From a virus (Duplodnaviria > Caudoviricetes), in the IMG/VR virus record IMGVR_UViG_3300025751_000015, positions 20,139 to 84,138 of that record: a DNA stretch of 64,000 nucleotides. One strand, given 5' to 3'. The notes below the pieces were generated by a model. It was not told the origin of the DNA. It saw only the letters and a list, made by a program, of their open reading frames with translations, and searched no databases. Positions within the stretch are counted from its first letter, which is position 1; each line of letters begins with the position of its first letter. Both the position numbers and the translations under genes were made by a program. Shown in pieces: positions 17,515 through 31,000 of the stretch.

Positions 17515-19353
17515 TTATACATCACTTACATAAACCCATTGTGGGCCTGCTTGGATTTCAAATATTTTTGTTACTCTTGCTACAGCAATTGAGTTACCAC
17601 TTGGCGTAAGACCATTTGGAAAACTTAAACTCTGTATAACACTTGCACTACTTAAATTACCGTCTTTGTCAACTGCTACTTGGTTAGCAAGCAATTCGTT
17701 TGTTAATCCCGAACTCACACCACTTGTGTTAACAGTAATAGTTGTTGCTGTACCTGCAAGCGAAAGTGTTTCACACAAAATTCTAGCCTGTGTTCCAAGT
17801 TCATAATTTACTGGTGGTGCAAGTTTTGCAAGTTCGTTTGGAATGTCTGAAGTGTTTTGGTTTGTCATTCCAGTTACATTCATTGTTAACACAATAGTTT
17901 GATTAGCAATTTCTCTATCAACATATGCTTTTGTAGCAACGTCTTGTGCCGCAGTAGGATCCTTAACACCTTTAATTTGTGTTACCGGACTAACTGCTTC
18001 GTTATCAAAAACAACATTACCTGTGCCATGCACATCAATGTTTAAATCTGCATTTGTTGTTACAGTTGAAATTGTATTGCCATTAATGTCAATGTCATCA
18101 ACTTGTAATTGTGTTAGAATTCCTAAATTTGTTAAACTTGAATTAACAACTCCTGCACCAAGTGTATCTGCACTTAGTACTAAGTTATTATTAATATGAA
18201 AATGCTTTGTCGAAGCAATACCAAATGTATCACTTGATGTCCATGCCTTTGTACTGTTCGCCCAATTAATTGTATGATCAGTATCGCCTTTAAGCGTAAT
18301 ACCTCCACCATCAGCAAGAACGTCAGTTGGTGTATCACCATAGGCTAATTCGATATTTTTATCATTTACTCTTAATGTATTTGTATCTAAATAACTTGTG
18401 CTACCGCTTACAGTCAAGTCGCCGCTTACAATTAAGTCGCCGCCAGTAGTAACTGTACTTGTTGTTTGTCCGTCAAATAGTTTTATTGCAAGTGTGGAAC
18501 TGTCAATTAAAATTGCATCTGTTAATGTTCCTGTTACACTTGAGTTAACCTGTAACTTCCAATCTCTATCTTGCAAGTTGTTTTTAAATATTGTTACTGT
18601 TCCGTCAACAAACCCTGTGAAGTCACTGTCAGCACCTATTGTAACACCACCATCATTAAGAACACCAAGTGTTCCTGTTGTAATATCACTTTCGTCTGAA
18701 CGTAAAAATTGTCCAGGAGCAATACCTGCAACAGCATCTGCTGATGTTGCTGTACCGTGCAGTTTTAATCCTGCCACTGATGTGTTAAAATTAAGTCCAA
18801 CATTAATTTGTGAAAAACCATTGATTGCTGTTCGAGGTGTAAATTGATATCTACTTAAAATACCAACACGCTCACCGTTCACCCAAAGTGCTGTAACCGA
18901 ACGTCCATTGTTTCCTTGGTCAACAACATTTTCAACAATCCATCCGTGTTTTCCTTCTGCTTGAGAATAAATTGGACCTGCTAAACTTAAATCAACACCA
19001 TCATAAAAATATAGTTGATTTGTTTCGTTGTTAATCCAAAGGTCACCAATAACCAATCCGGGAGGTTGTGTATCTTGTACTAACGGTCCACCTGTTGGTT
19101 TAAATTCACTACCAGTATAAACTTTTAAACGACCTTCTAATGTATCAAACCAAACTTGTCCTTCTAAAGGATTGTTGGGTGCTGTTCTATTTGCAAAACT
19201 TTCTAATAGTTTTACTAAATTTTCATTTAATACTTCACCATACCCACTATATTTTCTACCTACAAGGGTAATATCTGTTGATGTGTTATCAACTGTACCA
19301 TCGCCAACAATGGTTAAAACTGTTCCATCTGTTTTATTAACTGTATAACTCAT
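17515..19353 (-). CDS. Tail fibre-like virion protein (paralog 3)
   Basis: Same N-terminal module; DPTAAQDVATKAYVD fibre motif. Confidence 0.7.
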   Translation of the reverse strand: MSYTVNKTDGTVLTIVGDGTVDNTSTDITLVGRKYSGYGEVLNENLVKLLESFANRTAPNNPLEGQVWFDTLEGRLKVYTGSEFKPTGGPLVQDTQPPGLVIGDLWINNETNQLYFYDGVDLSLAGPIYSQAEGKHGWIVENVVDQGNNGRSVTALWVNGERVGILSRYQFTPRTAINGFSQINVGLNFNTSVAGLKLHGTATSADAVAGIAPGQFLRSDESDITTGTLGVLNDGGVTIGADSDFTGFVDGTVTIFKNNLQDRDWKLQVNSSVTGTLTDAILIDSSTLAIKLFDGQTTSTVTTGGDLIVSGDLTVSGSTSYLDTNTLRVNDKNIELAYGDTPTDVLADGGGITLKGDTDHTINWANSTKAWTSSDTFGIASTKHFHINNNLVLSADTLGAGVVNSSLTNLGILTQLQVDDIDINGNTISTVTTNADLNIDVHGTGNVVFDNEAVSPVTQIKGVKDPTAAQDVATKAYVDREIANQTIVLTMNVTGMTNQNTSDIPNELAKLAPPVNYELGTQARILCETLSLAGTATTITVNTSGVSSGLTNELLANQVAVDKDGNLSSASVIQSLSFPNGLTPSGNSIAVARVTKIFEIQAGPQWVYVSDV

Positions 19354-21374
19354 TATGCCGCTGGCTCCCCTGATCTAATAATGTAATGCACTGCTAAGTA
19401 TGGGTTCATAACATTTAATGTATTGTAAGGTCCGCTACCTGTGGTTGATGAATATTGTGTTCCGCTACCAAAAGCAACGTTGCTTGTATCAATAGTTTCA
19501 CTACCTTGTGTACCACCTAAACTTCTAGCCGCGGTATTTGTTACTCTGTTTGCAACACCACCACCTGCATCAACTGCAATACCACTAACATCATTAACTG
19601 TTGTTCCATTGTCCATATTATCAAGACCTAATGGAAATCTACCACGCAAGTCTGGTAACTTAAATGTGTTTGGATTAACACCAGTTCCGTATGTTGTACC
19701 TATTGCATTGAATAATTGAGGATATAATCCTTGTGCAACTTCTGAACCATCGCATAACAAATACCCGCTTGGAATATCTGCGAAACTTGCAATTGGTCCA
19801 GCATATGACATAATAGCACCGATTGGGACCAATGATGCTCCTGCAAAAAAGTTTGTTCTTTGTACTTTTCTTAAACCTTGTCCGGATCTAACAATTAACA
19901 ATTCATCATCATTTTCGTTTTCTGTAACTTCTGTTTGTTCAGAAATAGCATCCTGTGTTAATGTTACGTTAAATGTTTTTTCTGTTCCGCCGGTTTGTCC
20001 ATCAAAACTAAAACCTGTTGAATCAGCAACGTGTCCTGACACTTTAAAAACTGTTGAAGCAACCAATCTATCTGATGTACCATTAACATTACCAAATACA
20101 TCACCAACAACTGTTCCTGTTAATCTTCCTGTAAATGTTTCTGAATAAACATTTCTAAATCTATTATTTGTTGTACCAATGTCTAACTGTGCATCAAATG
20201 CTTGTGTTCCATCATCTGTTGGTTGAATAGCAACTGTACCACTTCCTGTTTCACCTACTTGTATATGACCTTGGAATAATGCATTACCACCAACGTATAA
20301 ATTTTCAGCAATACCTGCACCACCTGCTACAATCAATGCACCTGTTGTTGTTGATGTGGCACTTGTTGTTGATGCAAGTTGAAGTGTTTCTGTAAAATGT
20401 CCACTTCCTGTAACATCTAATGCTACCGTTGGAGAAACTTGATTAATACCAACACGTTTGTTTCTGCCATCAACTCGCATAACTGTAACAACATCTCTAT
20501 CACTTTCTGGAAACACTTTAAAATCAATGTTGCCATCGAGTGAGTTGTTTTTAATTACAGCATTGTTGCTTGCAATTTCTAAGTTGAATATCTGATTAGC
20601 ACCAACAGTGACACCACCATCGTTTCTAACAAACAACTGACCATTCATTGTGTCAGTAATATCTGTTCTTAAAAAGTTGTTTGCATTAACAGTTTCAATA
20701 GCCGGTTGTGTTACGTTAAGTGCATCTGCCTTTGTGGCTGTTGCATGTAATTTGTTTAATACAATACCGTTATTATTAAAATCTGTATTTGAAATATTGA
20801 TTCCTGGAAACAGTTCAATGAATCCTTCAATTTTTTGTCTTGGAATAAATTGATCTTTTGAAATAATTGTTACAACTTTATCTGCAACATAGTTTTTAAT
20901 AACAGTGTGTGTTACGTTTTGTGTATCAACTACTTCTTCTGCTTGAGCGCCTGCTTTAAGGCCTCCCGCAAAATTAGGTCCTACCAACTGGAATTGAGCA
21001 CCTGTATAAAGATAAAGTTGATTGTTTGTTGTATCTACCCAAACATCTCCTCTTAAAGGATTATTAGGTTCAACCGCTTCAACATGAACACCGCCTGCTG
21101 GTCTCCAATTACTTGCTCCTGCTGTTGAATCGTTTATTTTTAATCTGTTTGTTCCACTATCATACCAAAGTTGTCCTTCAATTGGATTGTTTGGCGGATT
21201 GGTATTTGCAAAATTTTCTAATACATGCAAGAAATTTTCTGCAATCGCTTGACCGTAACTGGCTTCATTACGTCCTATAAACGTTAACGAAGTGTCAACA
21301 GTGTTACGACTATTGTCATCGATAACAATAGGATTTTTGTTAATACTATCTGTAAAGTTTACACTATATGCCAT
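19353..21374 (-). CDS. Tail fibre with C-terminal tail-collar domain (paralog 4)
   Basis: PIGAIMSYAG...GYLLCDG...YPQLFNAIG..YG...FKLPDLRGRFPLG and NPYLAVHYII. Confidence 0.85.
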   Translation of the reverse strand: MAYSVNFTDSINKNPIVIDDNSRNTVDTSLTFIGRNEASYGQAIAENFLHVLENFANTNPPNNPIEGQLWYDSGTNRLKINDSTAGASNWRPAGGVHVEAVEPNNPLRGDVWVDTTNNQLYLYTGAQFQLVGPNFAGGLKAGAQAEEVVDTQNVTHTVIKNYVADKVVTIISKDQFIPRQKIEGFIELFPGINISNTDFNNNGIVLNKLHATATKADALNVTQPAIETVNANNFLRTDITDTMNGQLFVRNDGGVTVGANQIFNLEIASNNAVIKNNSLDGNIDFKVFPESDRDVVTVMRVDGRNKRVGINQVSPTVALDVTGSGHFTETLQLASTTSATSTTTGALIVAGGAGIAENLYVGGNALFQGHIQVGETGSGTVAIQPTDDGTQAFDAQLDIGTTNNRFRNVYSETFTGRLTGTVVGDVFGNVNGTSDRLVASTVFKVSGHVADSTGFSFDGQTGGTEKTFNVTLTQDAISEQTEVTENENDDELLIVRSGQGLRKVQRTNFFAGASLVPIGAIMSYAGPIASFADIPSGYLLCDGSEVAQGLYPQLFNAIGTTYGTGVNPNTFKLPDLRGRFPLGLDNMDNGTTVNDVSGIAVDAGGGVANRVTNTAARSLGGTQGSETIDTSNVAFGSGTQYSSTTGSGPYNTLNVMNPYLAVHYIIRSGEPAA

Positions 21375-21377
21375 TCG

Positions 21378-22028
21378 TTAAATCTCGCTTATGTTTGTCA
21401 AACTTTGAATTCTAATTGTATAATCAATCTGTATTAGCCTGTTTAATGACTTTTGCACAGGATGGAATACCACGTGTGTTAAAAGTCTTCCTAGATTTGC
21501 ACCATTAGGAGTATATGCTTTTAATCCTAATTCGTCAAATACATAATTTCCGTCCATGTCAGTGGAATTATCAAATGCTTCTTGTCCGCTTGGTTCACCG
21601 TAATCAAGCAAACAACTAATCAAAATATCTGTATAAGTTGTACCAAGTGTGTGTCTTGTTTCAATAAAGTTTCTGCTTGGATCTGTATTGTTTACATTGT
21701 TGTCATCTACAGTTTTATAATATGTTTGATTGTATAAACTTGCATTAACACCCACATTATTTGGTGTTAGATATGTAACAATGCCTGTAGGATCAACTGT
21801 AGTACCACCGTTACCAAAAGCCATTTCAACAATGTTACCACGTCCTTCGTTACCTAGCGATTCTGCTAGTGATATACTCATATTTTCATAATGGATTGCA
21901 TTTCTCTTATCCACGAACACTTTTTTAGTTTCAGGATCGTGAATTTTGATGTGTCCTTCCATAAGCACACCTTGATTTTCTGTTGGCTTTTGATACGTTT
22001 GTTTCACTTTTTTATCCTTGTCTGACAT
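21378..22028 (-). CDS. Virion structural protein, probable fibre attachment/baseplate peripheral subunit
   Basis: Lies between baseplate and fibre genes; YVFDELGL...LLTHVVFHPVQKS..R.IQIDYTIRI; TAAATA box upstream. Confidence 0.55.
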   Translation of the reverse strand: MSDKDKKVKQTYQKPTENQGVLMEGHIKIHDPETKKVFVDKRNAIHYENMSISLAESLGNEGRGNIVEMAFGNGGTTVDPTGIVTYLTPNNVGVNASLYNQTYYKTVDDNNVNNTDPSRNFIETRHTLGTTYTDILISCLLDYGEPSGQEAFDNSTDMDGNYVFDELGLKAYTPNGANLGRLLTHVVFHPVQKSLNRLIQIDYTIRIQSLTNISEI

Positions 22029-22031
22029 TGG

Positions 22032-25000
22032 TTATTCCCTAATATTTATTACAGGCAAGCCACTGGGTCTCTCCAGCAAGAACTTAGCCTGTGCAGTTTC
22101 CGCACGTTGTAGTGTAGTACCTGTAGACGCTGAATTAACGCCTTGCTCGTGCCATACTCTGCCTTGTTTTTGTACTACTTTTAGTTCTAAACCTAGTTGA
22201 GGTTCATCTCTAAGCACTAATTTATAGTAATTTTTACCAGTTGAATCACCTACTGCTTCGATTGTAAACTCCGGTGTTTGTAATACATCACTTGATGTAC
22301 CTTGACTATTAGTTTCATCACTATCATATGCAATTTCAACATTATGCACCTTGATAGGATTAGTTGAAACTGTTGGTTTTTGAAGTTTTCTACCACCTAG
22401 ATATACTTCTACTTGATCGTGTGCGTTTGCCTCTGAACTAATATTGATTGTTTCAAGCACATGTTCTTTTGTACCATTAGGTAATCCTTGTCTAATTACA
22501 CCTTGATACACATTTACAGTTTCAATGTAAGGAACTGTTTGGCTTGGTCCGGCATCTATTACTTTTGTTCCTGCTGAATACGAAGTTTTTACTCCTGTTC
22601 CAAGTGTTCCTCTAACAATCTGCTCTAGATCATTTCCATTAATCTTGTAAAATTCAATTCTTTCTCTATCAATCCAAATAACTCCAGGAACTTTATTTTC
22701 TGGACTTGGAGTTTGTAAGAAACTTGCATCAGTTAAAGATATTTTTTTGTCGGTATTATCAAGTTTAACAGCAAGAGTTGTTGAATCTTGATCACTAATA
22801 CGTTTATAATGTGATCTGTGCAACATATCATTGAATATTCTGTAACCGATAGAATCGTAACTGATTTCTTCACTAAATGTTGTTATAACAATTCTCGATG
22901 TTGGAGTTACTGTGAACTTATCATCAATTTCAACCGTTGTATTATTGTCTAATACTTTATAATCTCTTTCTGCAACAATCGGAGTACCATCAATCTCTAC
23001 CCAAATATAATTAGAATCAATAGCAGGACGACTTAGTTTATAAGTGCCTCCTAATTTACCTGTGTAAACTTCTTTTCTAATTAGATTAGCATCATGATTT
23101 GTAAATGTTGTTACCTGATATTCGGCATTAGTTGGTAAACTTGCTCTATTTTTTATAATAACTAGATTTGCTTCTGTATCACCAGCACTATCACCAGTAA
23201 CATTTAATTCATATTCATGATTTCTAAGTATTGTGATAGCAATCGCATCACCTGAATTCAAAACGTTTTGATTAAATGTAACCAAATTAGTTTGTGTGTC
23301 AAAGTTAAAGTCTCTAATCGGCACCAACTTAATTCCATTTAGGTGAACTTCAATCTCTCCCAATGCTAGGAAGAAAGTAGGATACTCAGGATCTTGACTG
23401 ACCGTGTACTGTTGTGTAATTCCATTACTTACATAATAAACAGTATCTGGTGGTAGCAGTCTAGTAATTGTTCCTGTGTCTAAATCTTTTACTTCTGCAA
23501 TTACCATGTTATGATATGGAGCAATATTTCCAGGAATATTTGTAAGTCTATAAGACATACTACTACCATCGTCTGTAATAGTTTCTTTTATAATTTCACT
23601 ATAGGTCTTTTCACTTATACTAAGTGCAGTAATCTCAATAATAGAACCTGAAGAAATTGTGTCAGGTGGATTAGTTAAAAGTATTTCAGCACTTCCTGTA
23701 TCAGTATCTTTTAAAATTTGATAACTTTGTGATACACCATTAACAGTAACAAACGCACTTTTTACATCGTTGTAATTTGCTGTTAATCTAAATAATGTGC
23801 TCGAGTCGTCATTTACAAATCTCTTTCTCTCAAGTATGTTTGCACCGCCGACATTAAGTGTCTGTATTGTTACAAGTTCACCAATTTCTGGTGCATCAAC
23901 AAAATCAATTTCTTTATTTTGATAATCAATTGTGTAACCAATACCGTTTTCTAAATATACACCAGCAACTGAAACAAATATACTATCCTGTGTTCCTGGA
24001 TATAAATCAAATCCATAATTTCGTTTGATACTATTACCATAATATCTGTTTGTTACAATTAATGGTGAACCATCAGCAGGTGAATTATAAACACTCATGC
24101 TCAAACTATCAAATACCTGTCCTGGAACAACTTCTTCTGGTGCATGACTTGTGTCTGGTGTAACAAATCCGTCACCGTCTAATGAAATATCTTCTGGACG
24201 AGTACCTGTTGCTGTGCTGTAACTAAAGTTACCACCTTGAATAATAGCATCAAGGTTGTTTACGTCTGTTGGAACAAGACTTCCGTCTGATTCTTTCTGT
24301 CTAAACACAACAAGTGTACCGTCTAGGGCCGCAACACCAAGTGTAAATGTTGTTGTATTACCATCGCCAACGATAGTTGGTGTGTTTGTTGGATCTTGTC
24401 TAACATTATCAAAGTAAACATTTATTTCCTGACCGCTTTCTGGTGTATATGGCAATGTAAATGTTGTGGTTGTACCGTCTGCACGGAAAGCATAATCTGT
24501 ATTTGTACCCGAGAATGTGTCCCAACCATGACTAAACCATGGAAGACCATCCCAGCCTACACTAATATCAAACTCTAATCCCTGTACCTGTACACCATCA
24601 TATTCAACTCCAGTCATTAATTGTGCTGGATCTTTACCAAGCATACCTGCTGTAGGTTGATAGTAATAGTTAATTCTATCAGTGGCCTGCATTAAGTCAA
24701 TTGATTTTTTGTATTCAATCTTAACTGTTGCGTTTGCACCAGGAGGTGTATTAAAGATTATGTAACCTTCTTTTTTCTTATAGGTTCTATTTTTTGCTGT
24801 TACAATGCTAACTTGATAGTTTTCGATGTAAACTGTTTCATTATTGATATTAATATCAATTTCACGCTTATCTAGAGTTGGCAAATAAGTTAACTTAAAT
24901 CTAACTTGACCGGTAGTTGCTCTAAACGTATCTGTTTGCGTTTGTGTTTGTATAATTTTGTTACTGCTTAATCTGTCAAAGGTCATATTAACAGTATTAA

Positions 25001-28000
25001 TTCTAACCTTTTTATTTTCAAGTATAGCATAGCCTAGTGCAGGTTTTGTAACAGCGTTATCTCCGCCACCACCTGCAAGTGTTACCGTAGGAGCACTTGC
25101 ATAACCGCTACCAGGATTAGTAACTACAATCTCCCTAACAATTCCTCTTGAAGTATATGCTACCGCGGCCGCATCAACAACTGCATCACCTGGTAATGTT
25201 TTGTTACCATTCGGTAATATAGGAGCACCGTAATATGTAGGTCCAATAATATAAGGATAAACTGCTTTATTGACATCAGCCGGATCAACAGTAACAAAGT
25301 ATGCATATGTACCATCTGGATATTCTGGAGTATTACAAGTTCTACCATTGTGCTGATCTAAGTCACCTAATCCTGTAACATATTCAAAATCTTCAATGTA
25401 TCTTCCGTCTGAATCACTACCATCTGCTCTTGGTGTTTGTTTTAATCTATAACTAGATGTCATTACCCTTGGATTTGATCTGCCAGTTGGAGAATCCCAA
25501 CCGTATGGTCCATATATTGGATATCCATCAAGTGCATAACCTAACAGAGGTGAATGGTTGTTTTTATCTTTTGTGTACATCAGGCGTGGATCTGAATGAT
25601 AATGATACACTCCGTTTTCTTGTGGATGTCCACTACCGTCATCAATGCCTAATTCTTCATGGCTTTCTACTGCATTAAGTTCATACTCAATACCGTTTCT
25701 TACTTCTGTTAGTGCCGCTTTTGGATTGTAGAAAACAACACCATTAACAGCAACACCAATTTCGCCCAAAGGTGTAGCAACTTTATCTAGTGCTTCAACA
25801 GGTGTTCGTGTTATTTCAAATGTAAAGTTCTGTGCTGTAACAGTATTCACACCAGGATTTCTAAGGAAACCATGATCAGGTATGCTTGTTGTTTTAACAA
25901 AGAACCTTGTATCAGTGTAATCTGTTGTAACCAACGGTCTAAATTGAGAAGTTTGTGTGATTGTAGGCTTATTAGTACGTCCACCGCTAATAACAACCAA
26001 AGGAGGTTCTGTATATCCTGCACCTTCTTCGGTTACATCTATTCTACCAACACTAAATTTATAGTTGTCGAACCAATTTGCATAAGGCTGTTCACTTATC
26101 TTATCATCTGTAATCTTAACAGCAACAAATCGTTTATTTTCTTCGTCCCAGTAACTAGGAAGATCAAAATCTGTTGTTCCTGCATTTACATTTTCTAAAC
26201 TTTCATAGTTATTAATGAAATTTCTAATTACTGTTTTATAAGGTTTAACTTCTTTAATATAACTTTCGATATAACCAGGATCACTTACTTTATAATTTAA
26301 TTTTCTACTTAGTGTTCCTAGATTATTTGTAACATTTATAAAACTAGATTTAAATGCCCAGTCAACAAAACTCTGTTCACTAAACACATATCTTATTGCA
26401 ATAAAGAATAATTCATTCCAATTGGCTTTTAGGTCATCTACAAAAATATTATTTTTAAGAGTTTCAAGAATTTTTCTTGTTTCAGTAATTGGTTCACTGT
26501 CAAACAAGTTAACATCATAGTTTTCTAGACCAGCAAAACCAAAATTTAATTCTTGATAATTGTAGATGCTTGAATTAATTTGTATAGTTGATTTAGCCTT
26601 GTACATTAAATCATAATCGTTACTGAATGTACCGTTGGCATTTACCTTACGTAAAATCATTTTATTACCGTCGCCGGCATTATCTATCTGTACTAGTTCA
26701 CCTGATGCAGGAGTAATAGTGTTTAATTCATAAGGTGCTGTAATTTTATAGTTTATAATTTCATCTACATTGAATCCATTAACAATATAATCTTTGTAAC
26801 TCCAAAATCTATTTAGATCGTATGTTTGAGTGTTAGTTCTTGTCCAATTGTTTACAGAACTTACCCATTCGTATAATGACCAATTGTTATTTGCTGTTTC
26901 GTCAACCGACACTAATACCTTAAATGGTCTAATCTCGAGATTTAAATAACTGTAATTTTCTCCTTTTTTAAGAATATCAATCGAAGTTATTCTTCCTCTG
27001 CTGTCAATATTTGCTTTTAGTTTAGCACCAGTACCGTCACCTATTAAGGTAATTTCAGGAGCATTAACATAACCATACCCTTGATTGTTTACTACTACTT
27101 TGCTAACTTTACCATTTGTAAGTGTCGCTGTTGCTGTTGCTGTAACAAGATCCTGTGTACCGATTTGACTTATTTCTTCAAAGTCATCAATTTTCAAATC
27201 CCATTTACCTGATCCTGAACCTGGTTCAGCATCTTTTTCAAATAAAGGTTGAATATTTTTTGTATCAACAACTCTAGTTTTAGACATCACATCATTACAG
27301 AATGTAACAATAGTTTTTAATGCTTTGAGCCTATCCACAAAAATACTCTGTCTTGGTCTGATTTGCAAGCCATATTTTCTTGTTACTGGTAATGCTGGAT
27401 CTGGTACAGGATTACCTTGACTGTCATAACCAACTAAACTGTCAATAAGTTTTTTAACTAATAATTCGTTCTCAATCTTCTGATCTTGTTTCTCACCAAC
27501 GAGTTGCCACTCATTGTGTTCAGGAATATCTGTTTCAACATTTCTATATTGAATGTTTAAGTTAACGTTCTGATCATCAAGTGTCGTTTTAACATTGCTT
27601 ATGCTAATAGCATTCTTGCTTAATAGTTGAATGCTCTTGATTCCGTATGCTTGAGGATCTTCAATAATATTTGCAACTTCAACAGCAGGCAATTTTCTAT
27701 TTGCGTTGTCAGGTGTTGTAATTTTATTTTTAACCCAATAATAGTATCTTGTTTCAAACCCACTTGTGTTTCTGTTGTAGATATTTTTGGTCACATAAAT
27801 GTCATCGCCATACTTAGGTGTACCACTAAACCCTAAACTAGTTCCTTCAACAGAACCAGTAATTTCTGCCCATTCGCTTGGTAATAGATCTGTTTCAACC
27901 CATTCATAAACATCAACACTAGATCCAGGGAACAATGTACCCCAGTTTGTTTTTCTATATTCTGTATCGCCCTGTTCATACCAAACATAAGCAACTGTGC

Positions 28001-31000
28001 TTAAATCCCACCAAAGTTCTCCTACGTGTTCTTCTGTCCATGCAGTGGTAGGTCTTACAGTTACACTACTATCACCTTGTGTATACGATGCCGGATCTAC
28101 ATCTGACTTATAAGTAATTTCTGCTTCAGCAAGATAAGGAATTTTACCTTTGACTGGGTCAACAGTTTCAAGAAAATCTTTAACTCTATTTGTTACTGTA
28201 TTATATGTAAACGTTTTCTTAACGCTGTAAGGATCAACAGGATTGTCCTGTGTTCTTAGTTTATTCCAGCCACCTGTTTTAACTTTTTGGAAAGACCATA
28301 AAGCACCTAGTGCACCTGTTCCATATTGATCATGATTAGGAGCACCAATTAATAATGAATTATTTGTGTAGTTCATTCCCTTGCCAAAAGCATCAAAACT
28401 CTTTAATGTTTCTGAGTTAACCTTTTGACCAAAGACAAATTTAGTATTCAATAACGAATATGTAAACACCGTACCACTTGCATAATTTTCATCAACAAGT
28501 TTTAAACTGTTAGCATCAAATGTTGTTTCTAGTGTTGTTTCTTCTAGACTGCTATCTTCTAATCTTGTGTATTTGTCAAATGATGTTGTTAAAACATTTC
28601 TTCCGTGTTCACTCCATACTGCAAATCCGTCGCCTGCAGGATTAACAGAAATATTTGAACCAAATTTTTCTTCTAGTTCTTTTAATGGACTGAAGATTGT
28701 TTGTTGATATGTGTATAAATCTTGACTGCTATCGTCTCCTGTTTTCTTAAAGTAGAAAACTGCACCAGCATTGATATTACCAGCATCTTCAAAAGGAGCA
28801 CTTATTATTAATGTGTTTCCATTTTCACTCATTGATACTGCATATCCAAACTGATCACCTGCATCAATTTGATTAAACGTTGTAGAACTAATAGTTTGTA
28901 GCAATTGGTATTCGTTGTTGTGTAATCTGTAAACAAACACCGCCCCTTTGCTTGCAGAACTATCATCACTTTGTAATTCGTATCCTGGAGCACTTACAGC
29001 AATTAACGATAGATCTTTGGTTCCTGTCATTGAAGTACCAAATCTGTCTCCATCTCTGCTGTTAGGTATGCTTAAAATATGATGGTCACTTATGTTCCAA
29101 TCTACCGTGCTACCATCTGCTAGTGTTGCTTTGTCATAGATATATACTTTACCTTGATGTGCTGTTTTTCCAGGTGCGCCAACTAACAGTTTTGTATTAG
29201 AAACTAATAAACTTGTTCCAAAGAACGCATCTGTTTCAGGTTCACTACAACCGATGACATAATTTCTTTTGAAAAGATTATCTTCGGTATCATAGGTATG
29301 TAAAGTAACAACACCTTCACGTGAAAAATCACTTGGTATTGCTGTAAAATCACCAACACTTACTCTAAAATTATCTTTGTAAGAACTGTCATCTACCGCT
29401 TTGAAGTTACTTGCTGTTGGAGCGCCGGCCGCTAGTACCGAACCGTCATTGCTTAATGCAAGACTAGTACCAAGTGCAGGTCTTCCCGCATCACTTACAA
29501 TGTTATCACTGGAGTTATCACTAATTGCAAAACCTTGTGTAGTTTGTAGCGTTGCAATGCCTGTGTTAAATTCTCTAGCAAGTACATAAATCTGTCCTTC
29601 GTCACCATAACCTGGTGCGGCAACAACAATTAATCTACCATTATCTGCAGATGCAATATTGTAACCAAATTGTTGTCCTACTAATTGATTAGGTCCTGAC
29701 CATTTTTGTTCGTTAAATGCATTAATTTTTTGATACACTGCCCACTTGCCGGTTCCGTCATCATCTGCAAATACCAATGTTCCTGCTGTTATTTTAGAAA
29801 CATTTTTTAGATCATTAATATCGTCCGGATTAGTAACTCTTAGGCTTAAAAACTCTAGGATTGTACCACCGGCACTATCTTCAAGTGTTGAACTTGTGTC
29901 ATTACCAATTACCTTAAATCTAGTATTTGATAATACTTCGTCAACCAAGTAAACATTATCAACATCGTCGTTGAAGTTTTTGATACTAATAATTTGGCCT
30001 TTTACTAGATTATGATCAATATCGGTGTTAAGTGTTATTTTACCATCAAGAAAATCTGTGTTTAAATCGTCTGTTTCTACAACTCTTGCTGGAATGGCTT
30101 TTAATTGATAAACATTCCAGTCTTTGTTTTTATCTTTTGCAACCCAGATAATATCGCCGTCATCTAATTGATTGATAATGCTACTACCAACTAAATCATT
30201 GTAACTAAATGCTGTTGTAGGAATATCATCAAGTCTAGGATAACCTGCAACAGGCAATTTGTTAATGTATTCACTTGTAATACCATCTATTGCACTAATT
30301 GTTGTTACAGGCCATGGATTATTATCATAGTCTGCAGGTTTTACAGCAATTTTATTTGCTAATAATTGAATATTATTTCCTGGAGTTGTATTTGTTGTTA
30401 CCGAGGAAACAAAATCATATGCTTGAGGGTTATCAACGTTTAATGTTTCGTCTAATGTAAAATCAATTTCTTTTACAGTTGATGTACTTCCTAAACTACC
30501 AACCTTGAATGCCCATTCTTCATCATACGCAACATTGGTTTGAACGTCATCAACTTTTAAACGACTTATTTTATCAATAGCGTTTGCTGTTCCTTTTTCT
30601 TTGATAAATCCTTGATAAAACTTATACTGCGAAATGTTGTCTTGGATTAGATTATCCAAGTAAAAACGTTTTTGATATCCTATCAAGTGTTGAGAAAGTT
30701 CTGTTGTGTTTACATCAAATGTTTCAGAATCAAGATTATAAAAATCTTCGAAGTTACTAATTTTAAAATCTAAGTTTGGTAATAATTCTGCATTAGGCTC
30801 ATTTTCTAAGTAAATCCAATCACTGTAATTAAAAGTTTCTACGCCGGCCAAAAACGATTTTGCTGAATAGAATTTAGTTTTATATTTTACAACATCACCT
30901 AGATTATAATCTTTAAACTGTTGCCAAGGACTAATTTTTGCTTCGTCATAAACAAATCCCGGACTATAAAGATCTCCGTCCCATTCTGTAGTTTTAAATC

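Noticed and set aside
12363-21374. Diversity-generating retroelement acting on tail fibres
   Set aside because: No reverse transcriptase and no template/variable repeat pair differing at adenines was seen; fibre similarity is old protein-level paralogy.
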